Shown here piece by piece: positions 30,577 to 38,723 of a stretch of DNA of 64,000 bases. Made by a program: the position numbers and the translations under genes. Within the stretch, counting starts at the first letter, position 1. The number at the start of each line of letters is the position of its first letter. The notes below the pieces were generated by a model that saw only the letters and a list, made by a program, of their open reading frames with translations, did not search any database and had not been told where the DNA came from. This DNA is from an uncultured archaeon (GTDB lineage: Archaea; Altiarchaeota; Altiarchaeia; IMC4; SCGC-AAA252-I15): contig CAZPLO010000003.1 of assembly GCA_964587725.1 (NCBI GenBank), positions 21,660 through 85,659 of the forward strand, given 5' to 3'.

Positions 30577-31099
30577 ACTCCAGGACCTCCGTGAACTCAG
30601 GCGTCCAATCCCTTTCCAGAATGTGTTTTCCGCCGGTCTGGAGCCAATCGACTATCGCTTCCACATCAACCCCTTCCGTGTTGTCCAACTCCAACACGTT
30701 CCCGCACCTTTTAAGGCTCTCATATAATATGACTCCTTCATATTCTGCTTCCAGGTTTTCCATAATCTTCCCGTCCGCGTAGCCGCGTTCCTTCATCCGT
30801 TTCTCCAGCAGGCGGGGGTCACACCGCAGCACCAGGACGTGGGTGGGGTCGAGTAGGTGGCTTAGCAACCCGTCCAATATGGTATTCGATTCCACTAGCC
30901 TCCAAACCTTCTCCTTCAGTCTGCCGGCGTCCACCACTTTGGTGTTCCTCTCTTCGTCGAACCTGTCGCACAGGCCTTCGCGTTCGACCAACAATGTCAA
31001 TTCCATGACCTTCCACCCGAGGCGTTCCCCCAGTTTCCGGGCCAGCGTGGTCTTCCCCGTGCAGGGGGTGCCGGTGACCGCCAATACATTGTACGCCAT
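30554..31099 (-). CDS. adenylate kinase, AK6/Fap7 family
   Basis: TGTPCTGKTT, SHLL, VLRCDP..L.KR...RGY...KI.EN.EAE. Confidence 0.88.
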   Translation of the reverse strand: MAYNVLAVTGTPCTGKTTLARKLGERLGWKVMELTLLVEREGLCDRFDEERNTKVVDAGRLKEKVWRLVESNTILDGLLSHLLDPTHVLVLRCDPRLLEKRMKERGYADGKIMENLEAEYEGVILYESLKRCGNVLELDNTEGVDVEAIVDWLQTGGKHILERDWTPEFTEVLESRGRAPT

Positions 31100-31130
31100 T
31101 TTTTAACCGCTGAAGCGAATACTTTAACAG
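31099..31130 (+). promoter_or_regulatory. conserved upstream element of pilin gene 1 (also before genes 2-5)
   Basis: TTTTTTAAC-N-GAAG(C/T)GAATA...TAA pattern at about 31099, 31513, 31959, 32350 and 32853; contains a TATA-like TTTAA. Confidence 0.6.
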
Positions 31131-31152
31131 TATTTGGGGAGGCGACTATATT

Positions 31153-31494
31153 ATGTCCAACTGGAAGCTGCAGGTGCTGTTTTTGGCTCTGCTGGTGGTG
31201 TCGGATGCGGCAGCCGCCGCCACTGAGATGAAAGACATAGCCTGCAATGTCATCAAACCCATCTACGAAACCCTGAAGACCATCGCCCCCGCCCTGGTCC
31301 TGTTGATGTTCACCTACGGCGCCGTCAAGTACGCCCTCGCATCCGACGACCCCGGCGGCCGGAAGCAGGCTAAAAACATCATGATACACGCCATCATCGC
31401 AGGCCTCATCATCGGCATCATATTATGGTTGATGGATGATGTTCTAGGACTCCTTAGCCAAGACTTGAAGAACTGTCTAGGCATAACGGCTTGA
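31153..31494 (+). CDS. VirB2/TrbC-like pilin paralogue 1
   Basis: Signal peptide; TM-YGAVKYALASDDPGGRKQAKNIMIHAIIAG-TM. Confidence 0.7.
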   Translation: MSNWKLQVLFLALLVVSDAAAAATEMKDIACNVIKPIYETLKTIAPALVLLMFTYGAVKYALASDDPGGRKQAKNIMIHAIIAGLIIGIILWLMDDVLGLLSQDLKNCLGITA

Positions 31495-31508
31495 TGTTGA
31501 ATCTGTTT

Positions 31509-31613
31509 GTTGTTTTTTTAACCTGTGAAGTGAATACTGTAACGGAGGCGTTGTTGTTATGGTTAGGCGGTTGCTGGTTTTGCTGGCTGTTTTCACGCTG
31601 CTGGCTGTAGCAG
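31509..31613. repeat. 105-bp perfect direct repeat, copy 1 (upstream region plus signal peptide of pilin 2)
   Basis: Identical to 31955-32059; match extends about 16 nt further with 2 mismatches. Confidence 0.93.
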
Positions 31614-31939
31614 CGTTTCCCGCATCCGCGGCGACAAACAAGTTGAAGGAAAACTTCTGTGAGATAGTGGTGTTGCTGCATAAGGTCCTGACGTATGTTG
31701 GGCCCACGATAGTGCTGCTGATGTTCCTCTACGGCGGCATCAAATACGTTTATTCCGCCGAGGACCCCGGCGGCCGGAAGCAGGCTAAAAACATCATGAT
31801 ACACGCGCTCATAGCGGGCATACTGCTGGGGCTCGCTGTGGTCATCATCGAGTTCGTGATCCCCACCATAAAAAACGACATTGATGCCTGCTACAGGCTA
31901 GCTGGTGCGGGGGCCAGGGTCGACATTCAACCCACCTGA
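31559..31939 (+). CDS. VirB2/TrbC-like pilin paralogue 2
   Basis: ASA cleavage site; YGGIKYVYSAEDPGGRKQAK core. Confidence 0.7.
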   Translation: MVRRLLVLLAVFTLLAVAAFPASAATNKLKENFCEIVVLLHKVLTYVGPTIVLLMFLYGGIKYVYSAEDPGGRKQAKNIMIHALIAGILLGLAVVIIEFVIPTIKNDIDACYRLAGAGARVDIQPT

Positions 31940-31954
31940 TTAGACTCCTGGTTG

Positions 31955-32059
31955 GTTGTTTTTTTAACCTGTGAAGTGAATACTGTAACGGAGGCGTTGT
32001 TGTTATGGTTAGGCGGTTGCTGGTTTTGCTGGCTGTTTTCACGCTGCTGGCTGTAGCAG
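31955..32059. repeat. 105-bp perfect direct repeat, copy 2 (pilin 3)
   Basis: Identical to 31509-31613. Confidence 0.93.
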
Positions 32060-32337
32060 TGTTTCCAGCATCCGCTAATATGGAAAAGAGCCTTGACGAC
32101 ACGCTCTGCGACATCCTGAAGGCCATAGGGTATGCGTTGGGAACCGTCGGCCCCATGCTTGTCGCATTGATGTTCCTCTACGGCGGAGTCAAGTACGTTT
32201 CTTCCGCAGACGACCCCGGCGGTCGCAAGCAGGGCAAGACCATATGCATACATGCGGTGATAGGCGGCATAATCATAGCATTGGCTCACACGCTGGTGAC
32301 TATGGTGGTTAATGTTCCATGCGACTTCTACTCCTGA
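32005..32337 (+). CDS. VirB2/TrbC-like pilin paralogue 3
   Basis: YGGVKYVSSADDPGGRKQGK core. Confidence 0.7.
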   Translation: MVRRLLVLLAVFTLLAVAVFPASANMEKSLDDTLCDILKAIGYALGTVGPMLVALMFLYGGVKYVSSADDPGGRKQGKTICIHAVIGGIIIALAHTLVTMVVNVPCDFYS

Positions 32338-32393
32338 CCGCGCAAACGGTTTTTTAACGCATAAGCGGAATATATAACAGCGAGGGGCTTCAA

Positions 32394-32759
32394 ATGCGTA
32401 TCAGCGGTTTCAGGGTCTTCCAGCTAACAATAATCGCATTATACCTGCTGTCTTGTTTTTCAACGGCGGTTGACGAGTTCGCTTTAAGGGATTCCTTCTG
32501 TGGCGTAATCAACGAAATAGGCGACGTATTGGAGAAAGTCGCCCCGGTCCTGGTGCTGCTGATGTTCACCTACGGCGGCGTCAAATACGTGTTCTCCGCG
32601 GACGACCCCGGCGGCCGGAAGCAGGGGAAGATGATATGCATATACTCCATTATCGGCGGAATCCTGATAATCCTCACATGGGAGATGATAAAGCTAATAT
32701 TCGGTTCCCTACCCCAAAATTTCCGATGCCCTACAACACCTTGGATGTCGAACCTATAG
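32394..32759 (+). CDS. VirB2/TrbC-like pilin paralogue 4
   Basis: YGGVKYVFSADDPGGRKQGK core. Confidence 0.7.
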   Translation: MRISGFRVFQLTIIALYLLSCFSTAVDEFALRDSFCGVINEIGDVLEKVAPVLVLLMFTYGGVKYVFSADDPGGRKQGKMICIYSIIGGILIILTWEMIKLIFGSLPQNFRCPTTPWMSNL

Positions 32760-32761
32760 GA

Positions 32762-32821
32762 CTAATATTCTGTTCCATCCCATATGATCTCTGGTGCCCT
32801 AAGGGTTTTTACTGGCCATGA
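32762..32821 (+). pseudogene. orphan alternative C-terminal cassette of pilin 4
   Basis: Reads LIFCSIPYDLWCPKGFYWP* versus gene 4 LIFGSLPQNFRCPT; 29/39 nt identical without gaps to 32694-32732. Confidence 0.7.
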
Positions 32822-32900
32822 TTTCTAGGCAGCCCCAAAGTCCGTCAAAATCTTTTTTTAACCTGTGAAGCGAATATTTAATCACCTCAACGGTGAACCC

Positions 32901-33233
32901 ATGAACAGAGACAACCTACTCCATATTCTCATGCTGGTGGCGGTTCTCGCGGCATCCGTCGACGGAGCATCCGCTAACCTGCACTCCAAGGTCTGCCCTA
33001 TTCTGGAGGCGTTCATCGACGTGTTGGAGACCATAGCTCCGGCGTTGGTTCTGCTGGTGTTCACCTACGGCGGCGTCAAATACATTTCGTCGGCGGACGA
33101 CCCCGGCGGCCGGAAGCAGGGTAAATCCATACTGATACACGCCATAATCGGCGGCATAATAATAATTATAGCCCGGTTCGTCGTGGGGATTGTGTTCTCA
33201 GGATGGGGCGACCAATGCCCGGGGGTTCTCTAA
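32901..33233 (+). CDS. VirB2/TrbC-like pilin paralogue 5
   Basis: ATG at 32901 after GGTGA; YGGVKYISSADDPGGRKQGK core. Confidence 0.7.
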   Translation: MNRDNLLHILMLVAVLAASVDGASANLHSKVCPILEAFIDVLETIAPALVLLVFTYGGVKYISSADDPGGRKQGKSILIHAIIGGIIIIIARFVVGIVFSGWGDQCPGVL

Positions 33234-33235
33234 CC

Positions 33236-33610
33236 ATGCGGGGTTTATATTCAAACACCAGGGTGGGGTTGAAGGCGGCGGCGGCCGTCCTTCTTTTACA
33301 GTCGGTGTCAGCCACCACGGACATTGCCTTGGCTTTCAAGAATGCGCCGTGCATGATAATCGGCCAGGCATACGGTGTCGTCAACACGGTCGGCCCCGCC
33401 CTGATACTGGTCATGATGTTCTATGCGGTGGCAAAGTACGCGTACAGCGCGGACGACCCCGGCGGCCGGAAGCAGGCCAAAACCATATTCATCCACGCCA
33501 TCATCGCGGGTATGTTCTTCGCACTGGTGGCCATAGTCTTCAGGATACTGGAAACCAACATTAGCTGGCTGTTCAAGGCCGGGAATCTCTGCTCGGGGGT
33601 TACTCTATGA
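33236..33610 (+). CDS. VirB2/TrbC-like pilin paralogue 6
   Basis: YAVAKYAYSADDPGGRKQAK core; ATG 2 nt after the gene 5 stop. Confidence 0.7.
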   Translation: MRGLYSNTRVGLKAAAAVLLLQSVSATTDIALAFKNAPCMIIGQAYGVVNTVGPALILVMMFYAVAKYAYSADDPGGRKQAKTIFIHAIIAGMFFALVAIVFRILETNISWLFKAGNLCSGVTL

Positions 33611-33957
33611 GGACAAGAAACCTCATGCATGCTCTGACCCTGGTTTCACTGCTTACGTCCGGATCCAGTGTGTCGGGCGCATCGAACGCCATACACACGG
33701 TGCCGTGCAAACTATTGGGTGGCCTGTTCTCGGCGCTCACCACCATCGGCCCGTCCCTGGTGTTGTTGATGATGGTCTATGGAGCCGCCAAGTACGCGTT
33801 CAGCGCGGACGACCCCGGCGGCCGGAAGCAGGGGAAGACCATATTCATCCACGCAATCATCGGGGCCGTCATTATGGGGCTCATATACATAATAGTTAAG
33901 GCTGTATTGGGTGCCTCATACGGTGACTATTTATGTTCGGGGGTGAAGTTCACGTAA
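33607..33957 (+). CDS. VirB2/TrbC-like pilin paralogue 7
   Basis: YGAAKYAFSADDPGGRKQGK core; ATGA overlap with gene 6. Confidence 0.7.
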   Translation: MRTRNLMHALTLVSLLTSGSSVSGASNAIHTVPCKLLGGLFSALTTIGPSLVLLMMVYGAAKYAFSADDPGGRKQGKTIFIHAIIGAVIMGLIYIIVKAVLGASYGDYLCSGVKFT

Positions 33958-33958
33958 A

Positions 33959-34306
33959 ATGTCGCTCGCACACAAGATTAAGTGGGTGGCGCCAACCGTC
34001 CTAATGTTCCTGTTGGTGTTAAGCCTGTTGGCGCCCACGGTGTCTGCATCCTACCTGGGCCCAATAACAACATTCTTAAAATCTTTAATCAACTCTATTC
34101 GCATAATAGGGAACTCAATCGCAGTCGTAATGTTCATCTACGGGGCGGCCAGGTACGTCTACGCATCCGATGACCCCGGCGGCCGGAAGCAGGCCATAAG
34201 CATATGCATAGCCTCGGTTGTGGCGTTGATAATCATCTTTATAGCGGAGTCTGTTATCGGCGCTATCTGTGCGTCGATGGGGCCTGACTGTAATCCTGTT
34301 AGCTAA
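33959..34306 (+). CDS. VirB2/TrbC-like pilin paralogue 8
   Basis: YGAARYVYASDDPGGRKQAI core. Confidence 0.7.
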   Translation: MSLAHKIKWVAPTVLMFLLVLSLLAPTVSASYLGPITTFLKSLINSIRIIGNSIAVVMFIYGAARYVYASDDPGGRKQAISICIASVVALIIIFIAESVIGAICASMGPDCNPVS

Positions 34307-34307
34307 A

Positions 34308-34625
34308 ATGAGGTATAAAATAGCGTATGCGGCGGCTTTGCTGGCTTTAATCTCAGCCGGCGTTCAGGCCACAACCGTCGACGCAGCCGGCATAATAGCG
34401 AATGTCATATGCGACCTGGTGCCTGAGGTCATAAACCTGGCTTACGTTCTAGCGTTGCTGATGTTCATCTACGCGGGCGCCAAGTACGCGTTCAGCGCGG
34501 ACGACCCCGGCGGCCGGAAGAAGGCGAAGTCGATTGCGGTCCAGGCGATTGTGGGTTTCCTGATAGTCGGCGTGTCGAAGGCCCTGGTGGAGGCCATAGC
34601 CGGTGCAGGCAACGTCTGCCCCTAA
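34308..34625 (+). CDS. VirB2/TrbC-like pilin paralogue 9
   Basis: YAGAKYAFSADDPGGRKKAK core; ATG at 34308. Confidence 0.7.
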   Translation: MRYKIAYAAALLALISAGVQATTVDAAGIIANVICDLVPEVINLAYVLALLMFIYAGAKYAFSADDPGGRKKAKSIAVQAIVGFLIVGVSKALVEAIAGAGNVCP

Positions 34626-37495
34626 CCTGTTAAAATCGTCTCTGAAGCACTGGTGGTGGATGCGAAGCCGTCGTAGCTTATCTCATAGGACCTTACGAAC
34701 CCCCAGCTGAAGTCTCCGTCGGGGCTGCCGTCGCCGTCGTAGTCTGGAACCAGGCGGAAGTGCTCCAGCGGCTCGACCTCCCTGTTGTACAGCCCCAAGG
34801 CCCTGTACTCATCCAGGTACCTGCCGAGGTACAGGCGGGTAATCATGAAGTCGTTAAACTCTTGTGGAACGTAAACAAGGGTTCTGAACTGCGGCATCCT
34901 GCAGATGCTCCCCTCCGGCAGCTGCTTCCAGTTCAACGCGCAAGCCATTATACTGGGTATTCTCTGCTCGTCGTATCCCACCAAGGGGACTACGCCAAGG
35001 AGTGATGCGTCGTTGGCGTCCCTCCAACTGTTCCACGGTATCCTGTTCCCGTACGGGCCGATGACGGTTATGTCCGCTATGCTGTCCTCCACTATCTCGA
35101 ACACTACTCCCGCGATGTAGCCCTGGCACCCGAATACCACCTGTTTGACTCGCCTGAAGTTGCCTTCGTCGTCGACCACCAGCTGCTCCTCCACCTGGCT
35201 CTGGTCCGGGAGGAAACTGCACTGGACGTAGTTTTTGAAGGACCCTGGAGTTACGTTCTCTATGACGCCGGTGGCTATGAAGTGCAGTGCGCTGCCCTTC
35301 GGCACCATAGTCCAGTCTATGGTCACGTAGTTCAACCCCATCCCCCGTTTCTCGTAAACCTCGTTATACTCTTCAACTATCTTGAAAGCCTCTTCCTCGC
35401 TGGTCTTGTTGACGAAGAAGCGGGCGACGTCCTGTATCTCATAGTAGTCGGCCTGCAGGTTGTCTATGAGCACCGGCCGCTGGCTCACGCTGGTGAACCA
35501 GTGGCCGTAGTCCCACCACGTCAGTATCGCGTCCCCCGGGTCGGTGTTCTGCTCGTGCCATTGGAGTGCGGGCTCCCAGTAGTATCTGTCGCTGGTGGCG
35601 CCCATGTGCATGACCTGGTAGCCCACGAACTTGTTATACTGCGTAGCCCCAAGAAGGGGGACGTAGAACACGGGTATGAACAGCACCATGATGGCGCCCA
35701 CCACCCGCAGGCTCTCCAAATCCTCCCTTTTAACCACCGCGAACAATCCTATGGTGGCTCCCAATGCTGTCACGGCTGTGCTGGACGCGAAAATCCATGC
35801 GCTCTTATGGTATGCCCCCCACAGCATCGGCAGGCTCCACGTAAGCAGGAACAGCGCCCCCACGCTACCCTTCCTGTACACCAGGTACGCGAGCACCGGA
35901 ATCATCATCAGCCCGTACAGTAATGCTATGCCGTAGCGGTTGTAGCCCTGCGCCAGGAACTCCTGGAACGACCCGGCAAGCGGGTTCTGCTCCGAAACGG
36001 TCATGTGCACGACGCTCCTGGTTCTGGCGGACATCAACCCGTTGATGACGAAATCTATCATACTGGAGGGGGTGATGAAGAATGTGAACGCCACTGTCCC
36101 AGCCACCAAGGCGACCACACCCAAAACCATTATGTTCTTACCCATCAGGTTCACCGTCCTGCTCTCCACCGAATCCCCTGATACCGTGTCCTCCCCGTAC
36201 ATGCGCACCCTCAATAACTCCAGTACGATGGACGCGCCCACAGCCGCTATTATCGGGTATACGGCGTTGGGCGTCATGTCCGGGAGCGCCGGCAGCCCGC
36301 CCCTCTCATGGAGTATGAGGCCGCCGCCCAACTGCGCAATAAAAACGGGAATCAGTATGTACGGTAGCGCCTCCACGGCGTTGCGTTTGTGCAGGAAGTT
36401 GACGAACGCGTACGCGGTCCCGAAGGCGCCCAGGGTGAGGAACGCGTACTGGGCTCCCCCCCACGCCACATTGAGCATGAGGAACGCCACGCCCGAGTAG
36501 GCAGCGTATTTGAAGCTGCGGCGGTGGTATCCCGCGAAGAACAGGTAGAGGGTGCTGACGAGCAGGAACATTCCCAGGGCGTCGTCTTCGCTGTTCGTCG
36601 CCACAGCCTTCATCGCGAAGGCTGGGCTGAGTATCAGCATGAACGCGGCCATGAACGCCGCCACCTTGTTGTACGGCCGCATGTCCGTGAACATCTCCTT
36701 CACCAGCAGGTACATAATCACCACCGTGAACGCCGATATGGCGCCGGGCAGCAGCATCGCCACGTCGTGCAGGCTGATTCCGAACGGCTCCAGCGCCAGG
36801 GCCAGCGACGAGTAAAGGACGGGCGTCATCATCCTCGTCGACGACTGGTCTAAGCCGTACATGCCCGCACGCCCGCCCATTGCAGACGGGTCGTTGCTGT
36901 GGGCCAGCCCTCCTAGCAGGGGATAAACCAGCGGGTCGAATTCAGGCGGGTATCCGCCGTCGTATATGCCCCGCATCCACTTGTAATGCCAGTAGGGGTC
37001 GAGCGCGGCCAAATAATCTGTTTTCGCAGGCGCCATGTGGGTTATCATCCCCGACAGGAACAGCGCCGCCACGCCGGCCACCTCAGCCTTCACTACCCCA
37101 TGGTAGGAGAGCGAGTACCCTAAAGCGAACACCGCCGCCACCGCGCTGAAGTACGTGTAGTCCTCGTTCAACGGGAACCCTATGGTGTTGCTGTAGTGTG
37201 AAAACAGCGCCGTTAAAAAAAGCAGGACGGGTATGCCGATGCTCCAGTAGTCCTTCTTCAGCCTCTTGTCTCTCAGAATAGTGGCGGCGGTCCACAGGAA
37301 CAGCGCCGCCATCATCAATGGTGTGCTGTCTCGCAGGAACCCCCCACTCAACGGTTTAACGGACGCCAGAACCAGTGCGGCCAGCGGCGCAAGGAACAGG
37401 GGCCTGTCAAGGTGTTCGCCGACTTTCCCGAGGCCGTCGACGGGGAGGCTGACGGAAACCTCCTTCTTCTTTTTCCTCCTCTTAGAAGCCATCAC
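34622..37495 (-). CDS. aglB: oligosaccharyltransferase AglB (STT3)
   Basis: LDPYWH, EDD, TVSEQ, WWDYGHW, DN motifs; multi-TM N-terminal domain. Confidence 0.92.
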   Translation of the reverse strand: MMASKRRKKKKEVSVSLPVDGLGKVGEHLDRPLFLAPLAALVLASVKPLSGGFLRDSTPLMMAALFLWTAATILRDKRLKKDYWSIGIPVLLFLTALFSHYSNTIGFPLNEDYTYFSAVAAVFALGYSLSYHGVVKAEVAGVAALFLSGMITHMAPAKTDYLAALDPYWHYKWMRGIYDGGYPPEFDPLVYPLLGGLAHSNDPSAMGGRAGMYGLDQSSTRMMTPVLYSSLALALEPFGISLHDVAMLLPGAISAFTVVIMYLLVKEMFTDMRPYNKVAAFMAAFMLILSPAFAMKAVATNSEDDALGMFLLVSTLYLFFAGYHRRSFKYAAYSGVAFLMLNVAWGGAQYAFLTLGAFGTAYAFVNFLHKRNAVEALPYILIPVFIAQLGGGLILHERGGLPALPDMTPNAVYPIIAAVGASIVLELLRVRMYGEDTVSGDSVESRTVNLMGKNIMVLGVVALVAGTVAFTFFITPSSMIDFVINGLMSARTRSVVHMTVSEQNPLAGSFQEFLAQGYNRYGIALLYGLMMIPVLAYLVYRKGSVGALFLLTWSLPMLWGAYHKSAWIFASSTAVTALGATIGLFAVVKREDLESLRVVGAIMVLFIPVFYVPLLGATQYNKFVGYQVMHMGATSDRYYWEPALQWHEQNTDPGDAILTWWDYGHWFTSVSQRPVLIDNLQADYYEIQDVARFFVNKTSEEEAFKIVEEYNEVYEKRGMGLNYVTIDWTMVPKGSALHFIATGVIENVTPGSFKNYVQCSFLPDQSQVEEQLVVDDEGNFRRVKQVVFGCQGYIAGVVFEIVEDSIADITVIGPYGNRIPWNSWRDANDASLLGVVPLVGYDEQRIPSIMACALNWKQLPEGSICRMPQFRTLVYVPQEFNDFMITRLYLGRYLDEYRALGLYNREVEPLEHFRLVPDYDGDGSPDGDFSWGFVRSYEISYDGFASTTSASETILTG

Positions 37496-38188
37496 TCACC
37501 TGCCGTATCTCCGCTCCGTGCCGCTGAAGTCGTCCAGTATCCTGGCCAGGTCCTCCTTCTCGAACTCAGGCCACAGCTTGTGTACGAAGTATATTTCGCT
37601 GTAGGCCGACTGCCACAGGAGGAAGTTGCTGAGCCGTTCCTCGGAAGTTCGTATGATGATGTCGGGGTCGCTTTTCACCCACAGGTTGGCCCGGAGGTTG
37701 TCTTCCGTAACCTCCACTCCATGCTCAACCATGTTTTTTATGGCGTTCAAGACCTCCTGTCGGCCGCCGTATCCGATGGCCAGGTTCAACGTGAAGTTCT
37801 TGTAGTCTCTGGTGGCCTCCTCCAGCTTGGACAGGTTCGACACCATATCAGACGCCAGCTTCTGGTTGGGGCTCTGCCTTATCAGTGAGTCAATGTCTCC
37901 GCAGACGTTGACCCGCACCTGTTTTTCCCGGAGGTTCTTGTCCTTCAACCCCTTCTTCGCGTTTTTGTTGAAGGCCTTGAAGAGGGTGTTTATCTCCCTG
38001 CTGTCGCGGTTGCCGAGGTTCTCCAGAGACAGTGCATACAGTGTTACCTCGTCGACTCCGAGGTCGTAGCTCCACTGCAGGAAGTCGTAGAACTTGTTTA
38101 TGCCCATGTTGTACGAGCTCAGCAGGTTCCTTATGTGTTTCTTCAGCATGAACCTGCGGTTCCCGTCCGGAATCACGCCCACGTGCAT
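37496..38188 (-). CDS. uppS: cis-polyprenyl diphosphate synthase
   Basis: IPDGNRR, YALSLEN, GYGGRQE, IIRTSEERLSNFLLWQSAYSE. Confidence 0.93.
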   Translation of the reverse strand: MHVGVIPDGNRRFMLKKHIRNLLSSYNMGINKFYDFLQWSYDLGVDEVTLYALSLENLGNRDSREINTLFKAFNKNAKKGLKDKNLREKQVRVNVCGDIDSLIRQSPNQKLASDMVSNLSKLEEATRDYKNFTLNLAIGYGGRQEVLNAIKNMVEHGVEVTEDNLRANLWVKSDPDIIIRTSEERLSNFLLWQSAYSEIYFVHKLWPEFEKEDLARILDDFSGTERRYGR

Positions 38189-38249
38189 TTTAAATAACTT
38201 AACCTCTGATGTCTAAAATATGTGCAAACATATAAATTAATAATATACT

Positions 38250-38723
38250 ATGGAAGTGCAGGTCTTGGACGCGTCCGCGATACTCCGCAGCACCATGGAT
38301 TTTTCCCGCGGAAACTACCTGATTCCGCAGGCGGCGTATGCGGAAGTCTTGGACGGAACCGCCCGGGCCGCATTGGAGGATGGAATACGGAACGGCGACA
38401 TAAAAGTGGCTGAACCGGCTCCCGAGGCGCTGGAGAAGGCGCGGGAGGCGGCTTCCGCCACAGGAGACGTCGAATCATTGAGCGACGCGGACCTGCAGTT
38501 GCTGGCGTTGGCCCTGGAACACGCCGCCGCCGTCGTATCCGACGACTACGCCATACAGAACACTGCCGCCGAACTCGGCCTGGAGGTGGTCGCAACATCG
38601 GCAGACGGCATAAAAAAACACATCAGGTGGCGGTGGGTGTGCGGCGGCTGCGGGAAATCCATGGACGGGTCTGGCGTATGCGGCGTATGCGGCCACAAAG
38701 CTAGGAGGAAGCCTAGCCCTTAG
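38250..38723 (+). CDS. nob1: Nob1 PIN-domain endonuclease
   Basis: VLDASA, LSDAD, SDDYAIQN, C-terminal CxxC..CxxCG. Confidence 0.9.
   Translation: MEVQVLDASAILRSTMDFSRGNYLIPQAAYAEVLDGTARAALEDGIRNGDIKVAEPAPEALEKAREAASATGDVESLSDADLQLLALALEHAAAVVSDDYAIQNTAAELGLEVVATSADGIKKHIRWRWVCGGCGKSMDGSGVCGVCGHKARRKPSP

Noticed and set aside
31348-34520. Recurrent 18-25-nt repeat as a CRISPR array
   Set aside because: Spacing is 331-495 nt, each copy is in frame within a paralogous CDS, and no cas genes are present
31153-34625. Shufflon or diversity-generating retroelement
   Set aside because: All genes share one orientation; no invertase or reverse transcriptase is in the window; differences between the gene 4 end and the cassette are not adenine-specific
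31153-34625. Type IV pilins or archaellins
   Set aside because: No class III signal peptide; the leaders look like SPase I substrates
31153-37495. Pilins as dedicated AglB substrates
   Set aside because: Only paralogue 6 has an N-x-S/T sequon (NIS), so adjacency to aglB alone is weak evidence
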